DNA of 57,968 nt, counting the filler, from Dugesia japonica (lineage: Eukaryota), in NCBI GenBank assembly GCA_001938525.1. It is 5 parts of 5 records of this genome, joined end to end, with 100 filler letters (N's around TTAATTAATTAA, not from the genome) between each part and the next. Parts side by side here need not be neighbours in the genome. Positions count along the whole stretch, not along the records: positions 8,969 to 18,396 come from MQRL01502695.1; positions 18,497 to 35,403 come from MQRL01589739.1; 3 more parts are not named here. One strand, 5' to 3'. The translations under genes were made by a program, and so were the position numbers. The stretch's first letter is position 1. Every line of letters begins with the position of its first letter. The notes beneath the pieces were generated by a model, which searched no databases, was not told where the DNA came from, and saw only the letters and a list, made by a program, of their open reading frames with translations. Of the stretch, positions 13,601 to 23,567 are shown one piece after another.

Positions 13601-14589
13601 TAATGAAAAAATTATTCAATCACAAACCACTCACAATGTGTGCAAAAATAATGTGAGATTATAAAGAAATATTTATAATAGTTTGATAATTAATTTACTT
13701 TGATCTGACTCCAAGATAGTGTTTGAGAATAAATAAGACCCAACAATATATNCATGTTTATTCAAATAATCACAAATCACAACAAAGTTGTCAATAATAA
13801 TTTCAACGATAAAGAATACACAAATAAGATGGTAAGATAATTGATTAGTCTGAGTTGAGTCAATGTGCTTGATTTGACGGGTAATGATTGAATTGAACTA
13901 TAGCTTTACTATTTCAACAATTCCAACTTGATTGATTTAATTTCTTTTTTATTTCGCTTCTTTAATTTTTAAAGCAAACTTTCGATTCTTTAATTTCTAT
14001 TTGATTTCCCTTTTTTACACTCTTAAAACAATTTTTATAATTCCTAAAAGTCTCGTAAGTTCTTCTTTTTTGCTATATTAAGTTTTTAGGTTCTTTCCTA
14101 TCAAGTTCCGATTTTTACTTTCATCGGTTTGCTTATATAGCTTCATTCTGGCGCCATAATTCTGATTTCGCTTTCCATGTCAAGTTTTTGACAACTTTCA
14201 GTTATCTTCTTTTCGAAAATAAAACCAGAAAAATATTATTATTTANNNNNNNNNNNNNNNNNNNNNNNNNNNNNNNNNNNNNNNNNNNNNNNNNNNNNNN
14301 NNNNNNAAAAGGAGAAATTAAAACAAATAACTATATTAAAATATTTTGATATTTTAAAGAGAAATTATAGGAAAAGAAAAGCAAAATAAATCATCATAAT
14401 CATTATAAATAAGAAAATAATAGATTATTATTCAGGTTTAAGTACAAGAATTGTATTATTATAATTTTTTAAAAAAATATAAAAATGTGAAATTATTATT
14501 ATTATCGATAAATATATTTAAAATTATTGTTATTCAATAAAATTTTATTATTTAAAATGAACAAGAAGGAATTATAAAAGAAAAGTTGT

Positions 14590-14890
14590 ATGTAGAAGAA
14601 AGTCTGATGATTTTGTAAGAATTCAGGGTTGATATGTTCATATCTGCATGTGATTGTGTAGTTATCTTTATTTCTAAAACTCATTATATATTTAAGAAAA
14701 ATATTATTATTTATAATGAACCAAAAGGAATTATAAAAGACAAGTTATATGTAGGAGAAGGTTTGATGATTTTATGTAAGAAATCAGGATTGATATGTTC
14801 ATATTTGCATGGGATCGTGTAGTTTACTTTATTTCTAAAACGTTTACAAGTTTCAGAAAATTATTATTTTTAAGAAAAATATTATTTTTT
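14590..14890. repeat. Two-copy ~160-bp diverged tandem repeat
   Basis: ATGTAG.AGAA.GT.TGATGATTTT..TAAGAA.TCAGG.TTGATATGTTCATAT.TGCATG..TTTATTTCTAAAAC occurs at ~14590 and ~14749. Confidence 0.8.
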
Positions 14891-14988
14891 AGGCTTCTCG
14901 ACTTTACGGGAAAAAAATAAAACATCTGTGAGCACATAATCTGCTACAGAATTAACAAAAAATAAAAATAATCACGCCCATGTTCTGA

Positions 14989-16946
14989 CATCTCTGTAGA
15001 AGCTACGGGTGAACACCGTACAATTTCTTGCATTAACAGAAATCTGAAGTGGACACCAACTGTATCTGTCAAAATTTGACGATACAGTGAGATATAAAAG
15101 GAAATCAAAATCATTAGAAAAACACTCTTAAAAATTTGTAAAATCACGTTTGCTAATTTATTGTTAAAAATTCCGAGTCGTATTTTCCCATTACAACCAA
15201 GTAACAGGATACAAAAGTAAGATTTTATTTTATTTATTTTTATATGATCGGAAGACCGGGAGGATGTTTATCGTTGACTGGCAACGCCGGCAACGATGGA
15301 CATCAGTGCTCAGAGATCCAAACTAATACGTGATTATCATCCTATGCTAATTTTTATGATATTGTGAGAGTCACGAAAGATAATTATAATATTGACGAGA
15401 GATATAAGATGTTATTACTAATTATGATAGCCGAAAATGGTTAATACGTATGAGAAAATGAAAGAAGTTATGAAAGATGAGAGACGTTAATGTTTATGAA
15501 CGATATTAAAATCAAAGGGTATAGTATGAGGTAGTAATTGTCAATGAAGCGTTACGAGTTATGATTCAATAATGAAATGATATGAACTGATTACGATACA
15601 GTAGATAATTGTGGAAATGAAACGATTATGATGAGATGTGAAACGTTTATGATAGGAAGTAGACAATCAGGGTGTGTTGAAACAGTGAAGTGAATAACTT
15701 AATTATGTGGTGGTTGAATCTTATCTTATTTATTAACTTTGATATTATGTTTTATGATTACCTGGTTGTAAATCTACTTGAAAATATTATATCATTCGAT
15801 TAACATTTGTTAGTTCTTATTCTAGATGATTACCAATAGTTATTAATAAAGAATTGATGTGCTTATATAATGAGAACAAGGAAACTGGCCGATGGATCAA
15901 TCGTCATTCAGAGGAGGATGGATCTCTCAAAATAACATATGAATATNNNNNNNNNNNNNNNNNNNNNNNNNNNNNNNNNNNNNNNNNNNNNNNNNNATCT
16001 CTGTAGAAGCTACGGGTGAACACCGTACAATTTCTTGCATTAACAGAAATCTGAAGTGGACACCAACTGTATCTGTCAAAATTTGACGATACAGTGAGAT
16101 ATAAAAGGAAATCAAAATCATTAGAAAAACACTCTTAAAAATTTGTAAAATCACGTTTGCTAATTTATTGTTAAAAATTCCGAGTCGTATTTTCCCATTA
16201 CAACCAAGTAACAGGATACAAAAGTAAGATTTTATTTTATTTATTTTTATATGATCGGAAGACCGGGAGGATGTTTATCGTTGACTGGCAACGCCGGCAA
16301 CGATGGACATCAGTGCTCAGAGATCCAAACTAATACGTGATTATCATCCTATGCTAATTTTTATGATATTGTGAGAGTCACGAAAGATAATTATAATATT
16401 GACGAGAGATATAAGATGTTATTACTAATTATGATAGCCGAAAATGGTTAATACGTATGAGAAAATGAAAGAAGTTATGAAAGATGAGAGACGTTAATGT
16501 TTATGAACGATATTAAAATCAAAGGGTATGGGTATGAGGTAGTAATTGTCAATGAAGCGTTGCGAGTTATGATTCAATAATGAAATGATATGAACTGATT
16601 ACGATACAGTAGATAATTGTGGAAATGAAACGATTATGATGAGATGTGAAACGTTTATGATAGGAAGTAGACAATCAGGGTGTGTTGAAACAGTGAAGTG
16701 AATAACTTAATTATGTGGTGGTTGAATCTTATCTTATTTATTAACTTTGATATTATGTTTTATGATTACCTGGTTGTAAATCTACTTGAAAATATTATAT
16801 CATTCGATTTACATTTGTTAGTTCTTATTCTAGATGATTACCAATAGTCATTAATAAAGAATTGGTGTGCTTATATAATGAGAACAAGGAAACTGGCCGA
16901 ATCTTCATTCAGAGGAGGATGGATCTCTCAAAATAACATATGAATA
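14989..16946. repeat. ~1-kb near-identical direct duplication spanning a gap (14989-15946 vs 15997-16946)
   Basis: Copies are co-linear with a few SNPs and indels (e.g. GGGTATAGTATG vs GGGTATGGGTATG; GGCCGATGGATCAATCGTC vs GGCCGAATCTTC). Confidence 0.92.
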
Positions 16947-17614
16947 TGATCATGATTATGAGATTAAAGTATAACTCAACAAAGATCNGAGTGGAAGTGA
17001 TTAGCATCAGGAAATGTATAATGATCTAATAAGAACAAAGATGAATATGAATTGGTTATGAAAGAGAATCCAACCTCATCCGAAATGACGAGAGATCGTT
17101 GATTGATCAAGAGTAACATTTAGTTATTTTATTATGATAACATTTAATTATAATTAAATTATAAATAGATATTAGCAAATATTATTAATTGTATAATAAA
17201 TTTTTAAATTTGTTAAATGCAATCCACTAATATTGATATCTAGAATGTATAAATCTATCACTAACGCAGTGGCTAGCAAATCACTAAAACCTAAAGGATG
17301 TTTCATTCAAACGAACAATGCGAATTCGATGCCAAATCTGTGGGATTTGATTGATGAATACGGAACGGATATATATACTGGCACACAAAAATTCAAGCAC
17401 CAAAATTCAAGCACAGACCCCCCCACCTTTTCTGCCCACACAAATGCAAGTGTGCCAGTGCGCCGCTATCTACCTACTATAAGTAAGTACTATGTTACAA
17501 TTTTTGTGTTAAGTATGTATTTATTTTCTAGTTAATAAACTCATTGAATGANNNNNNNNNNNNNNNNNNNNNNNNNNNNNNNNNNNNNNNNNNNNNNNNN
17601 NCTTAAAGACGCAG

Positions 17615-17950
17615 TTGCATAAACAGGAGGAGGCGCTGCAACAGAAGATCACGATACTTGATGGTTTACAGAAACTAATAGAACAACAGGAATGGACATA
17701 TTATGATCAACTCACGGATATGATAAGCAAACAAGAACAACGAGAAAAAGAATTGATATCGCTGCTTATCCGTTCTAATGAATTGAATCAATATCAACAA
17801 CAGCTTATGCAGAAATTACGTTCCATCCAAACAGAAGCAAAGGAGTATACGAAAATGTCGGAGAGATTGACAGTGAGAATAGTCACAGCACTTCATCAAG
17901 TTCTCGTACTTTTTGATGAAACTTTAAAAATTTCAGAGACGATCATGTGA
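17615..17950 (+). CDS. Orphan coiled-coil ORF (probably a 3' exon; upstream exon candidate 17233-17482)
   Basis: 111-aa open frame, Q/E/L heptad-rich and less AT-rich than its flanks. A GTAAGT..TTCTAG 49-nt intron candidate lies upstream at 17483-17531. Confidence 0.35.
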   Translation: MHKQEEALQQKITILDGLQKLIEQQEWTYYDQLTDMISKQEQREKELISLLIRSNELNQYQQQLMQKLRSIQTEAKEYTKMSERLTVRIVTALHQVLVLFDETLKISETIM

Positions 17951-18396
17951 TTAGTGTTTTAACATCAATATAGTTTTTGTATTAGTATTTTTCTTGTCTT
18001 GATATGATCCAGCACTAATGAAATGAATAATTCAATTGATAGGAAAGAGTTAAAGATAAATTCGTTTTGAAATTACCTTTCGATTTCTAAAACTTATTGA
18101 TAAATAATATGATGAATATTTTAACATTTGATAAAATAATTTATATGAAGATAATTAAAGTTATAAAAAATTACATGACAATTATTTCCAGTGACGGATG
18201 CAAAAAAATTAACAGACACGTCTTTCGCAGACCTTCGAGCAAAATGGTGCTCAATCTAGAAGAAGTTAAAGAGTGAGATCACAAATTTGCAACATAAGAA
18301 TACACAACTCAGAGGTAAAGTTGATAAATTAAAGGAACGAGATCTGGCGCTATCTCAGTCGTGTTGAGTAATGGCTGATATTATTAAGACCTACGC

Positions 18397-18496
18397 NNNN
18401 NNNNNNNNNNNNNNNNNNNNNNNNNNNNNNNNNNNNNNNNTTAATTAATTAANNNNNNNNNNNNNNNNNNNNNNNNNNNNNNNNNNNNNNNNNNNN
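18397..18496. other. Artificial scaffold-joining spacer
   Basis: 44N-TTAATTAATTAA-44N. Confidence 0.95.
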
Positions 18497-18913
18497 TTTA
18501 ATGAACATATGATGTTTCTAACATTTATTTATTTACTACATCTCTTCGTTCATCCTTCCAAATCCACTACGTTTTCTTCAATTTTGTTCTTCGTACGACA
18601 GCTACAGTCTTGAGAGTCACCAACACTGTGGATTCTCTCGGCGTATATCTAATAAATTTCGTCATCAACCGGTTTACACATGGGTCGTATACGCATCTAT
18701 ATAGATTCAGGATTTACTCCTCAAGGCTCTACAAACCCCGGGCACACATAGCCTATATATTTTTATATATGAGTGGTTTACTATAAAAGTTTTTAATAGT
18801 TAAGCATACGTAATTTGATTGGTTCTTTTTTTTGGTATATGTATGTAATTGTTATATTATATAAATTTCTTATATATAAACATTTACTATAAAAAATAAT
18901 AACATGAGTCATA

Positions 18914-19594
18914 CTAAATTTTTATATTTAGAAAAACACGATTAAGCATGTCAATTTTTACTTTTTTGAATTCTTCAACATAATGATTTAAATTAACATT
19001 AACATCTAAAGATATTTCATAAGAACATGGTATATATATGCATCTATTTAAAATGGCTTCTTTTGCACTAGATACATATGTCCAGATAGGTAAATTACCA
19101 CACACAATAAATGGCATAGATTTGAGAGGAACCCTAGGCCCATGTTTAACTCCGACACGGAAAAATGGAGAGTTCTCTATTAATTGTTTGAAATAATCGG
19201 CGTTTTTTGCATCAAGTGTTACCTCTTCACCAATTCCTATTTGTTTGTTAATGAGATTATCGAAGCAAAATTCAGACTGCATATGAATTAGAGAAAATGA
19301 TTCAGTGTCTAGCCCAGCACTAAATATCTTCATGAAAAGGGACTTACCGGCATTAGATGCCCCATCAAGTAAGATACAAGTAGTTTTGCCGGATTGTAGC
19401 AATAATACAAGGCCAATTGCACAGATACGATAATGGAGGGGATTAGATGCTTCCGTAAAACCGAGATTGTGTTTTTGAATAAAATTATCAATAATGTGAA
19501 CAAATTGCTTATTAAAATAAAAATGATTATTACTAATAAAATCTTGCAAAAATTTAGAAAGCGGCTCATAAACGATAAATTTATTAAAATCCAT
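18914..19594 (-). CDS. SF3 helicase, parvovirus NS1 / papillomavirus E1-like helicase domain
   Basis: Walker A CILLDGASNAGKS, FCFDNLINK, Walker B IGIGEE, B' FKQL..RVGVKH, motif C PFIVCGN and Arg finger EAILNRC. Intact 226-aa frame. Confidence 0.88.
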   Translation of the reverse strand: MDFNKFIVYEPLSKFLQDFISNNHFYFNKQFVHIIDNFIQKHNLGFTEASNPLHYRICAIGLVLLLQSGKTTCILLDGASNAGKSLFMKIFSAGLDTESFSLIHMQSEFCFDNLINKQIGIGEEVTLDAKNADYFKQLIENSPFFRVGVKHGPRVPLKSMPFIVCGNLPIWTYVSSAKEAILNRCIYIPCSYEISLDVNVNLNHYVEEFKKVKIDMLNRVFLNIKI

Positions 19595-19905
19595 TAAATG
19601 ATGAATAAACTAAAAATTGTTTATTATGTAACTAAACTACAATTAATACAACAAAATTGGGCCAATCACTAGAGTCTAAATTAAAAACTATCGTCATATT
19701 TCTTGACATTAGAGTATATACTAAGTGAGAGTTGATTATGGCACTGGGGACACTATGCGTCCATATCCACGGGAAGATGTTGATTTCCATTGGTTTTTTG
19801 GAGCAGGTGAGTAGTACGTTCCTTTACTTGGCTCATCTGAAGTCTGTACGGATTGTCTAATTTCTTCTGCTTACGCTAAAAAATAAAATTTTAATTTTGT
19901 ACATA

Positions 19906-20979
19906 TTAATTATTATATATTACTGGAATAATATCCATTTTAAAGTATAATAAATCGTTTAAGTAATGAATTTGTAATCTCCTATCCAGAGCTTCTTTAG
20001 TACAATTTAAAATATCGTATGGGTATAGCATTGATACATCATTAGTACATATTATGCGTGGCATTCTTTTAGGTATGCGTGCAGTACTATATTTTATGTC
20101 TACCACACTATCGTATTCGCAATCGTATAAATGTATAAGCTCTGTTATAGGCCATTTACGAAAATCTATATCGTCTATTACAATGCCATTATTGTTTTCA
20201 GTAATTAAATTAAATGATTGCCTGTTTGTTATTAGTACCGGTTTTGTACAATGTGCTAAAGCAAATGAGGTTTTGCCAATACCTGATGCAACTACAAATA
20301 CATGTGTGATGTCATCATATACATAAAAAAATGGATGCTTAAATTTAGTGTATTGTGGTTGAATTATTTCACCATTTTCCGATTTAAGATTTTCTAAAAT
20401 ACACTTTTTTTGTGTTACATATGTGAATGGATCTTGTTTTTTAAGTAATTCAATGGCTTCATTCATATTATTACAATTAAGGATATTATTCCATGCCATT
20501 TTTATTATATTTAAGTTTACTAGGTGTGCTAAAACTAAAACGAAGACCTCCGTGAACTCTTGTAGTGGGTTTGGTCACATAATCTCGAATACNNNNNNNN
20601 NNNNNNNNNNNNNNNNNNNNNNNNNNNNNNNNNATTAATCTATTTCTGGCGACCGAAAAATGAACTGACTTCTTAAATTCAATATACAGTTGTAAATGGC
20701 GGAAGCCTGATACTGACATCTCTTCTTGACCGATGAGATACTGCAATCCACTTTGTTTAAACAGTTCTCAATATCGATCAACATTGTCATGATATTGCTT
20801 ATACGATAGTGATACATGCCAATTTCTATGGCGAGAGTTGGGGGAGCATTTAAATTGGAGAATTGATTGTATGTCTGGGTACACATTATTCGAGCAGTTT
20901 CATTTTCTGAGTCCAATTTTCTGTTGGTACTAGAATCAGTACCGTCTCTAGTTCGTCCAATAGATGACACATTTGACAA
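19906..20979 (-). pseudogene. rep: CRESS-DNA-virus Rep (HUH endonuclease + SF3 helicase), copy 1, disrupted
   Basis: Motif I-like RHRNWHVSL (~20805-20835), motif II GQEE..SGFRHLQLYIEF, motif III RDYVTKPTTR, Walker A (V)ASGIGKTS, Walker B GIVIDD, DIKYSTARIP, motif C IICTN and ALDRR. One TGA at ~20768 and frameshifts at ~20495 and ~20880. Confidence 0.92.
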
Positions 20980-21064
20980 CGGCGAAACACTTCGGATATT
21001 TTCGTCGGGGTTGTATAATGGGACCTAATGCTCTTTGACCTATAGCAAATTACATTCCAATAAA

Positions 21065-21298
21065 TTAATTTATTACGAATAAAATAATACTACTTGATAA
21101 TAATTCTTGTATGGTGTTGGTAACACTATGACTTCCCGATTGCTTGGATTCACATTTTGTAGAGTTGTGTCTGCGTCGCTTAACGGGGGTCATCATATTG
21201 GTTATGAATTGATTTTCCTGTAGAACATTGTTTTGTTGATATGGTGGTGTGCGTATTCTCTCTAATAATTCTGATATAAAATGCAAATGAGATAGCAT
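21065..21298 (-). CDS. Short ORF with NLS-like TPVKRRRH; possible first exon of Rep copy 1
   Basis: Directly upstream of Rep1 on the same strand. Rep2 has a comparable low-complexity N-terminus with TPPKR. A GT..AG ~52-nt intron candidate lies at ~21025-21076. Confidence 0.35.
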   Translation of the reverse strand: MLSHLHFISELLERIRTPPYQQNNVLQENQFITNMMTPVKRRRHNSTKCESKQSGSHSVTNTIQELLSSSIILFVIN

Positions 21299-21314
21299 AA
21301 AATTTCAGTTAAAA

Positions 21315-22488
21315 ATGAAACGATTTCTAAAAACTGGATTTAAGTATAACAGACTATTGGATGACGTGGTGCCTGAGAAGAAAATTAAATTCTCTAAAAA
21401 TCAATTCAAATACACCAAACTTAATAATGAAGGTGATTCACACAGAAGACCTGGTGTGCCTATAATTGATAAATCTAATGGACTGAGTAATATTATCGAA
21501 GAAAAACTTATCAATCCAATAACAAATAAAATGAATATTAATACACCCAATCGTAAATTTGTATCTAAATGGAGTGATAGAGCAAAAAATTTAATTCCAA
21601 AATACAAAGCTACTAAAAAATTTGCACACAACCAAGAAGCTAATTTCTACACTGGTAATCATGTAGCATACGAGGGTGAATTTTTGTGGACCTGGCACAC
21701 GAATGGAATGGAGAGTAGATGAAAACAAGAAACCACTGCCTGTTAACAGTATAGACGAAGCGTGTTTAGCACATGATATAGATTATTCATCGAAAAAATT
21801 AACTGACAGACATGAGTCAGATTTGCGATTATTAGAGAATTTAGATTATATTGATGATGATAATCCAAAATTAACTTTAGAAAAGGAATTTGTTAGAAAA
21901 GTATTTCAATTAAAAATAATTGCTGAAAAACCGTTTTATATTTATAAAAAATGGCAAGAGGTTAAACACAATACTTCTTTCTGGGATTTCTTATTAGATT
22001 ATGTATTAAACAATGTTTTTAATTATTATTATGATCAATTTTTTGATAAAAATGGTAATAAGTTTAACCAGCTTATAGAAAAACAACATTTACAGACTAA
22101 AAGGGAGGAATTGTGGAATAATTACTCTCCAATGTCTCTAATAAGCAATTTCTTAATTAAATTATTTATGAAATATATTTATCCACATATAAAGGGGTTT
22201 ATGTTTTGGGTATTTGGAAAAAAAGAAGAGCATGATTTATTAAATAAACCGATGCATATTAAAGATACATTTGTGGGTTTTATAACTAAAAATATTAAGA
22301 ATGTGACTTTTTTGATCCCAGACATTAAAAAACGGAATATTGAATTTCTGAAAGTAACTCGTTGTTACACCAAATTCATTTTCGAGATTTTCGTTAATCA
22401 CTTTCCTTTTACACAAATATACTTCTGGGAAATTTGTTTTTATAATATTAATAGCCTCATTTTTATTATTTGCGTTGAGAGCATTTGA
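21315..22488 (+). CDS. Viral protein with parvovirus VP1u/adintovirus-type phospholipase A2 domain (frameshift at ~21676)
   Basis: NFCGPGT (Ca-binding loop) ... PVNSIDEACLAHDIDY (catalytic HD, DxxxxxHDxxY) ... RHESDLRLL. The basic N-terminal ORF 21315-21722 joins through one frameshift. Confidence 0.88.
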
Positions 22489-23099
22489 CCAAGCATTTTT
22501 TTTAGTTTTTGTTGGTTTAATATCATCATCAAAGCAATTAATACTTGGTAATCCGTATGAAACGGGCAATGTGCCAGTCATTCGTGTTTGGATTTTCGAA
22601 CAATACAATATCACAAATTTTTTGTCTTCTTTTGGCACTGGTTTCACGAACGGCACGCCCAACAAATCTTTCGCCCGATTGAAAGAAACTGCATTTTTGA
22701 ACTCACAATAGGCCTGTATATGTTTGTAACCGCCATCAAACACTGAAAATATATAACATATGTAATTATACTCATTACATACCTTAAATATTTACCTTCT
22801 TTCTGATATAAAATGTATTTGCAATTGGTTTTCCATAAGTTCACAAAATACTCTTCCTTTGTTGTAAATTTTCCCAACGGAAAGTTAAACGTGTAATTGT
22901 GGTGCCGTTTATTTTCTACATCTGGCACATTTGTGGTAGATTTAGCTGGGATTTCATCAGAATGTATTCTTTTGGGTGGTGTAGAGCTGCCATCACCAAT
23001 ATCCACATTGACTCTCTTTGTGGTGGAAGGATTACTTGTAGTAGATCCTCTAGATGACTTTATCGAGTTTTCATCATTTTTGTTGTCAAGGTCAGCCAT
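22240..23099 (-). CDS. rep: CRESS Rep copy 2 (spliced: exons 23099-22796 and 22742-22240), HUH domain intact, helicase absent
   Basis: RHHNYTFNF (I), YQKE|VFDGGYKHIQAYCEFK (II, after removing the 53-nt intron), LYCSKIQTR (III), then AWSNALN..EAINIIK..ENL aligning to Rep1. Similarity stops just before Walker A. Confidence 0.85.
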
Positions 23100-23114
23100 A
23101 TATTGTAGTGTTGA

Positions 23115-23567
23115 TTGAATATAGTGCCATTGAATATGGATGATAATTATCCATATTTTAATAATAGAAAAAGAATGGAATTTAAAATTATGAAAGAATA
23201 TTATCTAGCTGATAATGATTATGAAAAGAGGGATCAAAATATAATCGATAAATGGGGTTATTCGTACAATAGATATTATGATGCTTTTATATATGTAGGT
23301 AATAAAGATAATGAATTACCTAAGAAATTTTCTACTTCCAGAAAATTATTATCGAGATGGAAATTGGTTAATAAANATTATCCTAATGACCCCACAGAGG
23401 ATTTTTTTGATACTATTTATAATACAAAATATATTAATTACGCTAATGATAATGTACATCAAAGTATATTCTCCGGTGCAACTGGTATTAATATGAGAGA
23501 AATGTTTGGTATTAAAAAAGGTCTGGATTATTTATTTCCGAATGAAAATTATCGGTTCTTCTTTTAA
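23115..23567 (+). CDS. Orphan Y/N/D-rich ORF of the virus-like island (possible structural protein fragment)
   Basis: 150-aa open frame (first ATG at 23136) in very AT-rich DNA, divergent from Rep2. No recognisable motif. Confidence 0.45.
   Translation: MNIVPLNMDDNYPYFNNRKRMEFKIMKEYYLADNDYEKRDQNIIDKWGYSYNRYYDAFIYVGNKDNELPKKFSTSRKLLSRWKLVNKXYPNDPTEDFFDTIYNTKYINYANDNVHQSIFSGATGINMREMFGIKKGLDYLFPNENYRFFF

Noticed and set aside
21084-21092. TAGTATTAT (minus strand) as the origin of the viral island
   Set aside because: One mismatch at the nick site and no flanking stem.
5163-23118. Antisense or alternate-frame ORFs such as 5163-5420, 7644-7856, 9880-10209, 19330-19569, 20054-20326, 21401-21631, 22475-22711, 22897-23118
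   Set aside because: They are shadows of recognised genes on the opposite strand or frame.
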